Sequence record: NC_019399.1
Direction: 5' to 3' (one strand)
Source: Escherichia phage vB_EcoM_ACG-C40
DNA length: 64,000 nt
This document shows, piece after piece, positions 50,283 through 59,236 of this stretch. A program made the position numbers and the translations under genes. Numbering within the stretch: position 1 is the stretch's first letter; every line of letters starts with the position of its first letter. Below the pieces are notes generated by a model that searched no databases, was not told where the DNA came from, and saw nothing but the letters and a program-made list of their open reading frames with translations.

Positions 50283-51251
50283 TTATTTCAGAAGAGTAAC
50301 CTCAGCAATTTCTTCCCAACCGTTTTTGTCGGTCATAATAAAGTCAGCAAGATAAAGAGCAGTACGCAGTGAAACATTACGTAAACGGTTAACATTGACT
50401 TTCATCCATGATAATGCTTTATAAGTTTCTTCATCAGAAAGACCGCGCTTTTGCATCATGTCGGTTGAAAGAATAACATCTTCAACCCTGACCATAATTT
50501 CTTCATTAGTGTGAACACCCAAATCTAAATAAACTGAGCGGGACACTAATGCTTGTAAATGTGGAGCAAGTTTAGTACCACGGTCTAATTCGCGGTCAAT
50601 GTCAACGTTTGTGATAAAAACAATCGTTCCTTTAAATTCAAACTCACGCTCAATGCCTTTTTCTTCTAAGTAAGAAGATGCAGTGCTCCAGCAGACTTTA
50701 CGGGTCTCTCCAGTGTCCAGAGCAGCTTTCAGAAGATTAAGAATGTCCATATCAGAGAAAACATCCACATCATCAATCAAAAGGACAGAATTCTCTTCAC
50801 GATTATTCCAAAGCTGCTCATAAAGACCAATACCAGAGATTTTACCATTAATGCTTTTATATTCAATGTATCCATTATCATTTGCTTTATTTAAAGCTTT
50901 ATCTAAAGAATACGTTTTACCAATACCCGCCGCACCAGAGATAATTAATGAACGAATGTTTCCGTTAATAATACCATTCGTCATCATTCCCATAACATTA
51001 AATCTTTTATTAATGCGGGTTTTCATATCTTCATATGATTCTTTAACTTCTTCAACTTTTACACCATCATATGAAATGTCTGATTTGTAAACCCAAACAC
51101 CGCGACGCTTACCGTCAATTTCAACAAAAACTTTACCATCTCCTTGTGCATCTACCGGAGCATTATCTGGGAACCATTCGCCTAAGAGCTCAAAAGTTCC
51201 AGAGATTTCTTTACCAAAGTAGATACCCTTATTGATAGTTACAGTTTTCAT
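50283..51251 (-). CDS. AAA-type P-loop ATPase (322 aa)
   Basis: Walker A GAAGIGKT, Walker B LLIDDVD; ATG 51251 after GGAG (track start is GTG). Confidence 0.6.
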   Translation of the reverse strand: MKTVTINKGIYFGKEISGTFELLGEWFPDNAPVDAQGDGKVFVEIDGKRRGVWVYKSDISYDGVKVEEVKESYEDMKTRINKRFNVMGMMTNGIINGNIRSLIISGAAGIGKTYSLDKALNKANDNGYIEYKSINGKISGIGLYEQLWNNREENSVLLIDDVDVFSDMDILNLLKAALDTGETRKVCWSTASSYLEEKGIEREFEFKGTIVFITNVDIDRELDRGTKLAPHLQALVSRSVYLDLGVHTNEEIMVRVEDVILSTDMMQKRGLSDEETYKALSWMKVNVNRLRNVSLRTALYLADFIMTDKNGWEEIAEVTLLK

Positions 51252-51287
51252 TTTATTCTCCAATTTCACATTTGTTTTGATAGGGTA

Positions 51288-51317
51288 ATAGTATCACACT
51301 ACTACCCTGCTGTAAAC
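51288..51317 (-). promoter_or_regulatory. T4-type early promoter upstream of ATPase gene
   Basis: GTTTAC, 18 bp, TACTAT; conserved leader CATTTTATTCTCCAA follows. Confidence 0.6.
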
Positions 51318-51320
51318 AAT

Positions 51321-51584
51321 TTATTTTAATGTTTGCCAAATTTTTACTGCTTCGCGACGAGATACTTCTACAGCTCCAAGTTCTACAGCTTTTTGGCGTC
51401 GCCGAGCGTGTAAGTCATAATGTTTAATGCGTTTATCTTGAAACCAAGAACGTTTCATTCCTATTGCTTCTGCCATTTCGTGAAGCTCTTCAATATCTCC
51501 ATCAGTGAACATATGACAATTTTTAGTTGGATGACCGCGAAGTTTCCATCCATGATTCATTAAAACATCTACGTAAACTGTCAT
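51321..51584 (-). CDS. hypothetical protein (87 aa), GC-richer than surroundings
   Basis: ATG start; compositionally distinct. Confidence 0.5.
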   Translation of the reverse strand: MTVYVDVLMNHGWKLRGHPTKNCHMFTDGDIEELHEMAEAIGMKRSWFQDKRIKHYDLHARRRQKAVELGAVEVSRREAVKIWQTLK

Positions 51585-51730
51585 TGATTCTTCTCCAAAT
51601 AAGTTTCGATAATTTTCTGGGCGAGATAAACCGCGTTATCTTCAGTTGCGTCTTCTAAGAAACTTTCAAAACACTCTGAAATTTCTTCTGTATCAATCAA
51701 CTTTTTTACTTCAATTGGTGTAATTTTCAT
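51581..51730 (-). CDS. small acidic protein (49 aa), not in the ORF track
   Basis: ATG 51730; TGA overlaps next ATG (ATGA); MKITPIEVKKLIDTEEISECFESFLED... Confidence 0.45.
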   Translation of the reverse strand: MKITPIEVKKLIDTEEISECFESFLEDATEDNAVYLAQKIIETYLEKNQ

Positions 51731-51766
51731 TTTGTTTTCCGTTTAAGTGTTTGTTTTGATAGTTGT

Positions 51767-51796
51767 ATAGTACCATAAAGCTTTATGCTTGTAAAC
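51767..51796 (-). promoter_or_regulatory. T4-type early promoter
   Basis: GTTTAC, 18 bp, TGGTACTAT; part of duplicated 37-nt cassette. Confidence 0.65.
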
Positions 51797-51825
51797 AATT
51801 TTGTGAAAAATTTTTGAAATAAAAA

Positions 51826-51845
51826 AGGGGACCTCTAGGGCCCCC
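51826..51845 (-). terminator. intrinsic terminator
   Basis: Imperfect GC-rich hairpin with A-run on plus strand upstream. Confidence 0.45.
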
Positions 51846-51854
51846 TTTATGCTT

Positions 51855-52340
51855 TTATTCCATTTCTATTATATGCATGCTCTTTTTGCTATCAAAATAT
51901 ATGTTTTTAACTGTTAACTCCGAATTAATTGGCAATAAAAACTCTCTTTCATAATCCACCATAGAAAGATTATCATAAAGCTTATTAAGCTTATCATCAT
52001 CAATCTGGCCAGATTCTTCAATTGCGATTAAATTTTCTAAAATTTCAATCATAGCAGTTGAATAGTCAAAAACGTTTGCATTTTTTAACACTATTAAAAC
52101 ATTAGTCATATAGCGTTCTGCTGCAAATGTTTCAGCTATATGAGATTCACTACTAAAGGAAGTTATTCTTTTAAATTTGATTCTCCTATTAACTTCAAAC
52201 TTATGAGATAGTACTTCCTCTATTGCAAGTCCTCTAAAAAGCATGTCTTTAATCTCAAGTTTGTCTTTAATGTAATCATTAACACGCTTATGATTAAAAT
52301 CATTAATTTTGTTGCCAAGGCATTTCATTAAAATATGCAT
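51855..52340 (-). CDS. hypothetical protein (161 aa)
   Basis: ATG 52340 (track start 52355 is TTG). Confidence 0.5.
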   Translation of the reverse strand: MHILMKCLGNKINDFNHKRVNDYIKDKLEIKDMLFRGLAIEEVLSHKFEVNRRIKFKRITSFSSESHIAETFAAERYMTNVLIVLKNANVFDYSTAMIEILENLIAIEESGQIDDDKLNKLYDNLSMVDYEREFLLPINSELTVKNIYFDSKKSMHIIEME

Positions 52341-52387
52341 TGTGTTTCTCTTCAATTTTTAAAGAACGATTAATTAACTACAAATAT

Positions 52388-52417
52388 ATTATAATATGCT
52401 TTATGATAGAAGTAAAC
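52388..52417 (-). promoter_or_regulatory. T4-type early promoter
   Basis: GTTTAC, 18 bp, TATAAT; part of duplicated 37-nt cassette. Confidence 0.65.
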
Positions 52418-52449
52418 AATTTTGTGAAAAATTTTTGAAATAAAAAAGA

Positions 52450-52463
52450 GAGCCCGAAGGCTC
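52450..52463 (-). terminator. intrinsic terminator downstream of nucleotidyltransferase-like gene
   Basis: GAGCC-UUCG-GGCUC followed by U-rich tract. Confidence 0.6.
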
Positions 52464-52467
52464 CCTA

Positions 52468-53481
52468 TCATTTATAATAACTTCGGTGGTTTTCAAGATA
52501 AACCCTCTCAAGGAAGTCATCCCAAAAACCCATGTCTACTTTTTGCTGCATACCGTTCTTAGAAGCTTCAGTAGATGCTGCTTCTACTTGATCGACCACA
52601 TCTTCCAAAAACTCTTGAACCGTTTTAAATGGATGTTTACCCAACTTCACGTCGAGAATAAATGGAGCATCTTGGAGTGGATAAACCAAGTCACCAGTTT
52701 TGTAAATTTCCAATAGTTGGAGTCCACCACGGCAAGCATGACTCAGAGCTTTCCAGTCAATACCTTCATTGGCTTCGGCCTTACGAGCACGTTCACCGTA
52801 TTCAGCATCTAATTTGTTCAGTGACTGCTTAAGCTCAATAAGAGAAAGCGTTGTCTGATATTTACGACCCAACACTGTGTAGAACGTCTGTGGGCCTGTT
52901 TTCTCATGATTATGGAACACCCATTCACAGAATTCGTTTTCTGGAAGACGATGCTTAATATCTTCAACTTTAGTACGACGCTGCTTAATAGAACCATCTT
53001 CTTGGTAATCAACCCATTGCTCAGGGATTTGATTAACTACTTTCAATACATCACGTAATGCAGCCAAACGAGAACCCTTAACGCCGTATTTAGAAGCTTG
53101 CTTACGGACATATCCTAAATAGGATTTCATGTTAGTCGTATAAAAACGAGAACGGTTGTCTTGAATAAACTTCCACACATCAGGCAAATCAGATTTAACC
53201 ACTAGTTCAGGTGGAGTGTGAAGCATATCCAATGCTACAGTTTCACCATCTGCTGCTAATTTAAAGAAATACTTAAGACTATACAATTCGTGGTCAATAT
53301 CATCTTTAGTGTTTTTAGATGATGTGTTGTTAGTGTTTTTACTCATGTGCTCTTTAACATTTCCGATAAGAATATCACGAGCAGGAGGAACAAAGATTTC
53401 TTTAAAATCTACATCAGATTCTGGGGTAGAAGTTCCATAAAGATGACTACCAAAATAGCTTTTCATTACTGTTTTCATCAT
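52468..53481 (-). CDS. pol-beta-superfamily nucleotidyltransferase-like protein (337 aa)
   Basis: N-terminal GSHLYGTSTPESDVD fits the GS-x(9-13)-DxD nucleotidyltransferase signature. Confidence 0.5.
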   Translation of the reverse strand: MMKTVMKSYFGSHLYGTSTPESDVDFKEIFVPPARDILIGNVKEHMSKNTNNTSSKNTKDDIDHELYSLKYFFKLAADGETVALDMLHTPPELVVKSDLPDVWKFIQDNRSRFYTTNMKSYLGYVRKQASKYGVKGSRLAALRDVLKVVNQIPEQWVDYQEDGSIKQRRTKVEDIKHRLPENEFCEWVFHNHEKTGPQTFYTVLGRKYQTTLSLIELKQSLNKLDAEYGERARKAEANEGIDWKALSHACRGGLQLLEIYKTGDLVYPLQDAPFILDVKLGKHPFKTVQEFLEDVVDQVEAASTEASKNGMQQKVDMGFWDDFLERVYLENHRSYYK

Positions 53482-53939
53482 TCAGCCTTATATTCAATAA
53501 CAGGACATACTTTAGCTTTACGAGCTTTTAAAAATTCAACGATAATCGATTTCTTGGGTTGAATAGGAGGTAAACCTTTATACGCCCTATCAATATTTTC
53601 TACGTGTAAAGCATAATCCTTTTTCCATTTATAATCTTTATATTTTTCACGCAGTTGTGCAGGAATAACAAATGAACCGATAATAAGTAAAACAAGCAAA
53701 ATGGCAAGTATAAATGCTGATGGAATAAGAGTCCATAAACTACCAAAAATAAGCCATTTCTGTATGATTTCTGCGCAGATGATAGTTAGACCTACGAGTA
53801 TAGTACATCCGAAAAAAGAAACGAAAAATGTAGGGATAACAATAGACCAAAAGTATGCGCACAGCGTCTTAGGTCGTTGCCATTCATCGTTAAACAATTT
53901 GAATAATTTATAGTGCCAAGAGTTTTCATTAATAATCAT
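53478..53939 (-). CDS. membrane protein (153 aa)
   Basis: Three predicted TM helices; ATGA-type overlap with neighbour. Confidence 0.5.
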   Translation of the reverse strand: MIINENSWHYKLFKLFNDEWQRPKTLCAYFWSIVIPTFFVSFFGCTILVGLTIICAEIIQKWLIFGSLWTLIPSAFILAILLVLLIIGSFVIPAQLREKYKDYKWKKDYALHVENIDRAYKGLPPIQPKKSIIVEFLKARKAKVCPVIEYKAE

Positions 53940-53941
53940 AA

Positions 53942-54463
53942 TTATCCTTTCATTGAAGGCGTAACGGTTGTTAAATACTTAATCATAGCTTCAGCTTCTG
54001 ATTTTGACAATGAAATTTCTCCATTGTTTTGACGAATAGAAATAAAATCCGGATGACGGTCACCACCAGCTTTTAAAACACACATATAAGTATCAACTTC
54101 GCCTTCAATATTTGAAATGATTGAAGCAGTTCCACATGAATGTGGTTTTTGATAAATCAATACAGCTTTTCTTCCACCGTTTGACTGTTCATAAACTTTT
54201 AATACATCAAACAAATCACTTCTTTTATCAATAGCTAAAATGTTATTTTCATCTTCAATGTTAAATCCTTCGGATACTTCATAAAGTGTCACCCATAAAT
54301 CGCCAATATCAATAACAGCGTTCACTTTTCCATGACTTTCAAGAGCATGACAAATTTTCTTGATTTCGTCATAACTCATTTTAATAATATCATCTCCTTG
54401 AATAAGGAAGATGTCATTTTTAAATTCAACACGAATTAAACCACTTCCACTTGAAATAAACAT
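53942..54463 (-). CDS. hypothetical protein, paralog A (173 aa)
   Basis: C-terminus SEAEAMIKYLTTVTPSMKG resembles next ORF. Confidence 0.5.
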   Translation of the reverse strand: MFISSGSGLIRVEFKNDIFLIQGDDIIKMSYDEIKKICHALESHGKVNAVIDIGDLWVTLYEVSEGFNIEDENNILAIDKRSDLFDVLKVYEQSNGGRKAVLIYQKPHSCGTASIISNIEGEVDTYMCVLKAGGDRHPDFISIRQNNGEISLSKSEAEAMIKYLTTVTPSMKG

Positions 54464-54469
54464 ATTTCC

Positions 54470-55003
54470 TCACTTTGAAATCATAGTTGGAATGACAGAA
54501 TCGAGATAAGTCTTTAGCGCAATAGCTTCGTCTTTGGTAAATGTGACAATATACGATCGAAAATCATCAATTTGACGAATAGTTAAGACATCACCATCTT
54601 CATAGCATTTTGATACGTTTAAAACAGTTTCATCATTCTGATTGCAAGCGTTAGTAATAATAGCATTGCAATTTTTGAGCCATTTTAAACTATGTTTTCT
54701 TTCATTAGAATAATAAAAATATTTAATCTTATCTATAAAACTATCCCAATGGATAACTGATAAACACATTGACTCACTTTTAATATTAAATCCTGGGCAT
54801 GAAGAATAAAAATGAATTTTGTGCTCATCATTGATGCTTACTATTTTATCAGTATAAGGATATTCAATTTGGGTTAAATGAATGATTTCACTAGGCGTAA
54901 AATATAGCATATCGTCTTCTTGCGTCAAACGATACATGTTATTTACTTTTTCTATAGCCAATTCACCAAAAAGCGGACTAACTTCTAATACTAATCGTTT
55001 CAT
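54470..55003 (-). CDS. hypothetical protein, paralog B (177 aa)
   Basis: C-terminus DEAIALKTYLDSVIPTMISK; ATG 55003 after AAAGGA (track start is GTG). Confidence 0.5.
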   Translation of the reverse strand: MKRLVLEVSPLFGELAIEKVNNMYRLTQEDDMLYFTPSEIIHLTQIEYPYTDKIVSINDEHKIHFYSSCPGFNIKSESMCLSVIHWDSFIDKIKYFYYSNERKHSLKWLKNCNAIITNACNQNDETVLNVSKCYEDGDVLTIRQIDDFRSYIVTFTKDEAIALKTYLDSVIPTMISK

Positions 55004-55004
55004 A

Positions 55005-55271
55005 TTAATCCTTTTTATTGGCACGAATTTGTTCTAAAATTTTAGAATATTCCTTTGTATCAGATTTACGTACAATTGATACACTATAAGGCATACTATC
55101 GGTGTCTTTTATAAAGCGTTCCAAATGACACTCTAACAAAATTTCTGGATTATAAATCGTGTACATCAAATTACCTGTTGCTCCACGATATTGGCAGATT
55201 TCTACTGATTGAACACCATTCCATAATTTTGTTAAAACTAAATCACCTACTTCTAATTTAGGAAAGCCCAT
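55005..55271 (-). CDS. hypothetical protein (88 aa)
   Basis: ATG 55271 (track start 55283 is TTG). Confidence 0.45.
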   Translation of the reverse strand: MGFPKLEVGDLVLTKLWNGVQSVEICQYRGATGNLMYTIYNPEILLECHLERFIKDTDSMPYSVSIVRKSDTKEYSKILEQIRANKKD

Positions 55272-55272
55272 G

Positions 55273-55458
55273 TTATTCACCAATTAAAGTTTCAATATAA
55301 GAATCAAGATTTACTTTAGCTTCTTCCATAAGAGTTTTGTATTTAATCTTGTTAGCATGTCCGGAGAAAGCTGATTCATCAATAATTGTTGATGTATGAA
55401 CAGCTTTACTATACGTCTCAATTAATTCTCTTAATTTAAAAGCCTGCTCACTTGTCAT
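55273..55458 (-). CDS. hypothetical protein (61 aa)
   Basis: ATG start. Confidence 0.45.
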   Translation of the reverse strand: MTSEQAFKLRELIETYSKAVHTSTIIDESAFSGHANKIKYKTLMEEAKVNLDSYIETLIGE

Positions 55459-55590
55459 TACATACTCCTTTGAATAATATCAATAATGTTGTTCACCAGA
55501 TTATAAGTAAACATTGGGTAATTATATTGAATCATCACATACACAACAAACAAAACTTTCATTCTCTTCTCCTTGGCAGTCGACAAGATT

Positions 55591-55620
55591 ACTATACCAT
55601 AACCTTGCCAACTTGTAAAC
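55591..55620 (-). promoter_or_regulatory. T4-type early promoter
   Basis: GTTTAC, 18 bp, TGGTATAGT. Confidence 0.55.
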
Positions 55621-55622
55621 CA

Positions 55623-55796
55623 TTAAATGACGTTTTCGATAAAATTCTGAAGCTTTGTATGAGCATCAACCATGATTTTCATTTCTTCCTTTGCGAAAGC
55701 TGTACCTCTTTCCCGAGCAGAATACTCATAGTCAGAAACTGCATTAGCATATTCTTCAATTAGCTTCATTAAAAACATCTGCTTTTCAGTTTTCAT
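55623..55796 (-). CDS. small protein (57 aa), not in the ORF track
   Basis: ATG 55796 after AGGTGG; MKTEKQMFLMKLIEEYANAVSDYEYSARERG... Confidence 0.45.
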   Translation of the reverse strand: MKTEKQMFLMKLIEEYANAVSDYEYSARERGTAFAKEEMKIMVDAHTKLQNFIENVI

Positions 55797-55980
55797 TATT
55801 CCACCTAATCATTTCAAGATATTGAACTAACTTAGCTTTGGATTTATCCAAATCCTTTTTAGCTGCTTCTATACCGTCGTATGAATATCCTTCACAATGC
55901 TCAACTGCTAATTGGTATGAATCTATTTCAATATCACGTGCTAATTTAATAATTTTTTCAAACTGTTCACGTGTTAGCAT
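55786..55980 (-). CDS. hypothetical protein (64 aa)
   Basis: ATG start. Confidence 0.45.
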   Translation of the reverse strand: MLTREQFEKIIKLARDIEIDSYQLAVEHCEGYSYDGIEAAKKDLDKSKAKLVQYLEMIRWNNEN

Positions 55981-55982
55981 AA

Positions 55983-56186
55983 TTAAACTCTCGTATTATG
56001 ATCGATAATTTCATCAAGAAACATATCTAACGCTTCTAAAGCATTATCAACTTTAGCTTCAAATTTTTCAATACCTTTATTTGCAATGCCTGCCGAAAAC
56101 CAAGCAAAGTCACTAAGTTCCTCATCTGCTTTGCGAATTAAAGCTACCAATTCTTTAATTTTATCTGCTTGTTCAATTCTAGTCAT
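55983..56186 (-). CDS. hypothetical protein (67 aa)
   Basis: ATG 56186 after GGTGG (track start 56222 is GTG). Confidence 0.45.
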   Translation of the reverse strand: MTRIEQADKIKELVALIRKADEELSDFAWFSAGIANKGIEKFEAKVDNALEALDMFLDEIIDHNTRV

Positions 56187-56374
56187 TATTCCACCACATA
56201 TGAAAGAGAGAATATTGCACACGCCATATGAGTTGCAGCTTCATCACACATATCATAACGTTTCTTAAGAAGTTCTACAAGTTCTTCACTAGTAACTTCA
56301 TCCATGTCGACGAAAAAATCACCATTAATGATGACGTAGATATTTCCTTCTTGATTAAGTGCTTCAATTTTCAT
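56186..56374 (-). CDS. hypothetical protein (62 aa)
   Basis: ATG 56374 after AGAGGAGAA, downstream of the promoter (track start is TTG). Confidence 0.45.
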   Translation of the reverse strand: MKIEALNQEGNIYVIINGDFFVDMDEVTSEELVELLKKRYDMCDEAATHMACAIFSLSYVVE

Positions 56375-56402
56375 GATGTTCTCCTCTTTATCCGATAGTT
56401 GT

Positions 56403-56432
56403 ATAGTATCACAGCTCAAATGGAAAGTAAAC
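56403..56432 (-). promoter_or_regulatory. T4-type early promoter
   Basis: GTTTAC, 18 bp, TACTAT. Confidence 0.6.
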
Positions 56433-56447
56433 CGGTAAAATGAAAAA

Positions 56448-56465
56448 AGTCTCCCGAAGGAGACT
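56448..56465 (-). terminator. intrinsic terminator
   Basis: AGTCTCC-UUCG-GGAGACT followed by UUUUUUCAUUUUACC. Confidence 0.6.
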
Positions 56466-56469
56466 AATG

Positions 56470-56856
56470 TTATTCGAGGGAAAGAAGATACTTACTCTGG
56501 TAAAACATTCCAGTAATATCATCTATCGTGCTTTGAATAGCTGGAGGCATTTCTTTGTAAATTCTGTTAGATTGGTCTAGTATGCGATCAATCATTTTAA
56601 TTGTGTCGGTAGGAAGTTTACTGGCATCTGGAATTGAAGGTGTGTATTTTCTACCAGAATACCCCAAATATTGCTCACCAAATTTATCAATCAAATCTGG
56701 CAACTCGGAGAAAATAAAATCGTATGCTTTGTGTCTAGCATAACTTTTAGTTTCAAAATGTGCAGAATGAAAATAAGCTTGTGCAGCCATTAATAAACCC
56801 AAGTATTCATCTGCCTTTGAAGGTTTTCCACTTTGTGAAAAGTCGCTGAATTTCAT
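56470..56856 (-). CDS. hypothetical protein (rI.1 position, 128 aa)
   Basis: ATG start; terminator downstream. Confidence 0.5.
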   Translation of the reverse strand: MKFSDFSQSGKPSKADEYLGLLMAAQAYFHSAHFETKSYARHKAYDFIFSELPDLIDKFGEQYLGYSGRKYTPSIPDASKLPTDTIKMIDRILDQSNRIYKEMPPAIQSTIDDITGMFYQSKYLLSLE

Positions 56857-57146
56857 TCAGTCTCCAATTTAATGTTCATAATTCTAGCGTATGATTGTGC
56901 CATCTCCGCGCCTCGTTCTATACATTCAAAATCAGAAGAGCACGGGTCATTTTTATAGGTCGTTCTCATAAAACTATAGAATTGTTCAGACGATTCTACG
57001 CTTTTATTTTCAAAAAGCATATAAACGCGCCTAATACCAGATTCCATAAATTTATCAAAATGAGGATCGACATTCGCTTCAATCGATGGAGATAAAACAA
57101 ATGACAATCCTAGCATGGCAAATAGTGCCGTTGCTTTTAAGGCCAT
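56853..57146 (-). CDS. rI: lysis inhibition regulator RI (97 aa)
   Basis: N-terminal signal-anchor; size and position upstream of tk side; AGGAGG RBS. Confidence 0.7.
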   Translation of the reverse strand: MALKATALFAMLGLSFVLSPSIEANVDPHFDKFMESGIRRVYMLFENKSVESSEQFYSFMRTTYKNDPCSSDFECIERGAEMAQSYARIMNIKLETE

Positions 57147-57158
57147 AAAGGCCTCCTA

Positions 57159-57371
57159 TCATTTTTGCCCTGTATTTACTTTATGCCGATGCACGGCCTT
57201 AACTTTATCAAGGTATTTTTCAAAATTTCGCAATCTAGTATAGTCTGCCGGAGATTGGTTGAGTGATACTTCTCGACGCAAAGCTGAAATGATATTTCCA
57301 ACTTCCCTACGAATTTCATCTAATTGAAGAACAGTAAGATTGCGAAGTTGCTTTTCAGTTAATTGTAGCAT
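57159..57371 (-). CDS. hypothetical protein (rI.-1 position, 70 aa)
   Basis: ATG start; late promoter and AAGGGG upstream. Confidence 0.5.
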
Positions 57372-57396
57372 ATATACCCCTTTAGTTAGATAAACC

Positions 57397-57404
57397 TATT
57401 TATA
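57397..57404 (-). promoter_or_regulatory. late promoter
   Basis: Exact TATAAATA about 25 nt upstream of ATG 57371. Confidence 0.55.
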
Positions 57405-57413
57405 ACTTTTGCA

Positions 57414-57995
57414 CTAACCAAGCTTTTTAGTTAATTCATTCCAATGTTTTCTACACAAAGAAACATAAATTTCATCACCAATACAGATTTGATTACCTTC
57501 TTTAACTGGTGTTCCATCTTCCATTAATCGAGCTGTCATAATCGCTTTTTTACCACAATGACAAACTGCCTTTAGTTCAATAAGTTTATCTGCAATCGCT
57601 AAAAGTTCTTTAGAACCTTCAAACAATTTTCCGGCGAAATCAGTCCTTAATCCATAAGCCATAACAGGAACATTATATGTATCAACAATTCGACTCAATT
57701 GATGCACTTGTTCAGTTTTTAAAAACTGAGCTTCATCTACAAATACGCAATGAATATCTTTTTGTGCTTCAGCCCATTTATAGAACTCGAAAATATCCAT
57801 ATCATCTGTAATAATATTCGCTTCCTGTTTAATTCCAATGCGAGAAACGACTTCGCAGACAGAATCGCGAGTATCAATAGCAGGCTTAAGAACTAATACA
57901 CTCATTCCACGTTCTTTATAATTATGTGCAGCAGTCAAAAGAGAAGCAGATTTTCCAGCATTCATTGCTGCATAAGTAAAAATTAAACTCGCCAT
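57414..57995 (-). CDS. tk: thymidine kinase (193 aa)
   Basis: P-loop MNAGKS, C-terminal CxxC...C zinc site; matches T4 Tk. Confidence 0.93.
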   Translation of the reverse strand: MASLIFTYAAMNAGKSASLLTAAHNYKERGMSVLVLKPAIDTRDSVCEVVSRIGIKQEANIITDDMDIFEFYKWAEAQKDIHCVFVDEAQFLKTEQVHQLSRIVDTYNVPVMAYGLRTDFAGKLFEGSKELLAIADKLIELKAVCHCGKKAIMTARLMEDGTPVKEGNQICIGDEIYVSLCRKHWNELTKKLG

Positions 57996-58004
57996 ATCAC
58001 CTTC

Positions 58005-58190
58005 TTAAAGCGTATTCACATAAGCTATTAATTCATTTTCTTTCTTATCAAACCGATCAGCAAATTCTTCCTGCTGTTCGGGAGATAACGGGCCGTATTC
58101 ATCATAAAAGGTGTTTGCTTCTGTATGCTCATCTAGAAGTTCATGGATAAGCTCAAATAATTTATCTTTTTGTTCTTTACTCAGACTCAT
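58005..58190 (-). CDS. hypothetical protein (61 aa)
   Basis: ATG start. Confidence 0.45.
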   Translation of the reverse strand: MSLSKEQKDKLFELIHELLDEHTEANTFYDEYGPLSPEQQEEFADRFDKKENELIAYVNTL

Positions 58191-58360
58191 ATATTAATTT
58201 CCAAAAGTTTTAAAATAATTCGCTTTTGCTTAAATATTTCCACAGTTAAATGATCAGTATCTTTTTGACCAATTCCAATGGCAAAACCTTTATTAACAGC
58301 GAGTTCAATTAAATTATCAAGCTCACGTAACACTTCATACTGTAACTCAAAACTATTCAT
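58187..58360 (-). CDS. small protein (57 aa), not in the ORF track
   Basis: ATG 58360 overlaps upstream TGA; own TGA overlaps downstream ATG. Confidence 0.45.
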   Translation of the reverse strand: MNSFELQYEVLRELDNLIELAVNKGFAIGIGQKDTDHLTVEIFKQKRIILKLLEINI

Positions 58361-58563
58361 TTCGGTTTACCTTCTTTAACGAAATCTGGATAAGGATAAA
58401 ATCCCGAATAAAATCCTTCACCTTTATGATTGATGCATCCTTTATTAGAACAATAGCACCAATAATCGAAATCACAAGCCATTTCATCGTTGCATAAAGC
58501 AAAAACAACTGGCCATTTACACTTTTCACAATGGGCATTTTTAAGAATACTAGTTTGGCTCAT
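58357..58563 (-). CDS. cysteine-rich small protein (68 aa)
   Basis: ATG 58563 in ATGA overlap with upstream gene; 10 Cys. Confidence 0.45.
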   Translation of the reverse strand: MSQTSILKNAHCEKCKWPVVFALCNDEMACDFDYWCYCSNKGCINHKGEGFYSGFYPYPDFVKEGKPK

Positions 58564-58772
58564 AACCATGTAACCTTTAAGCAGTATTCTTCTACATGCT
58601 GTTTACGACCTTTCTTATCAATAAAGGTATATTCAACGAATGTTCCAATGTAGTCTTTATCTACATCATGTAGGCTATTAATTGGGCATTTAGTACGGCA
58701 AATGCGTTCCCATTGACGAATAATTACTGCCTTATTCTTTGGGTCATATGGATGTGGATAATGTATATTCAT
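58560..58772 (-). CDS. hypothetical protein (70 aa)
   Basis: ATG 58772 in ATGA overlap with macro-domain gene (track start is TTG). Confidence 0.45.
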   Translation of the reverse strand: MNIHYPHPYDPKNKAVIIRQWERICRTKCPINSLHDVDKDYIGTFVEYTFIDKKGRKQHVEEYCLKVTWL

Positions 58773-59236
58773 AATAACGGTTCCCAATCAACAATCACAA
58801 TTTCTAATTTAGAGGAATATGTATCTAAAATCCCCTCAATAATATCCCAGTTCCCTTTACCTATGCCTGCACCAATCCTAGGCATATAGATTGTAGGTTT
58901 AATCAGTTTATTTTCACCAAACTCATTTAATTCTAACATACAATTCATTAAAGCGGAATACTCAAAATTTGGCCCTGGTTGAAATTGAGTATAAAGGTTG
59001 AAGCAATACGCTTTATGAGTCCTAAAGTATTTTTCATAGACTGAGTAAGAACCGAGTTTAGTTACATCACCCCATTCAGTCTGTAATTTATCAGCTTCCA
59101 AAATTTTAGGGAAAGCTTTGGTTAATTGACCCGCTACGCCTGAACCCATAGTATGAAAACAATTGCATCCATGCGCAATATTTTTACCTTCAGCGAAAAG
59201 GGCGACAATATCGCCCTTGATATATTTTACAATCAT
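58769..59236 (-). CDS. macro-domain protein (155 aa)
   Basis: GDIVALFAEGKNIAHGCNCFHTMGSGVAGQL resembles the macro-domain ADP-ribose-binding core. Confidence 0.55.
   Translation of the reverse strand: MIVKYIKGDIVALFAEGKNIAHGCNCFHTMGSGVAGQLTKAFPKILEADKLQTEWGDVTKLGSYSVYEKYFRTHKAYCFNLYTQFQPGPNFEYSALMNCMLELNEFGENKLIKPTIYMPRIGAGIGKGNWDIIEGILDTYSSKLEIVIVDWEPLL

Noticed and set aside
55483-55512. Additional GTTTAC early-promoter candidate
   Set aside because: No acceptable -10 hexamer at 17-18 bp spacing.
58353-58538. Alternative-frame minus ORF overlapping 58357..58563
   Set aside because: The other frame gives the ATGA coupling with both neighbours; this frame is incompatible with it.
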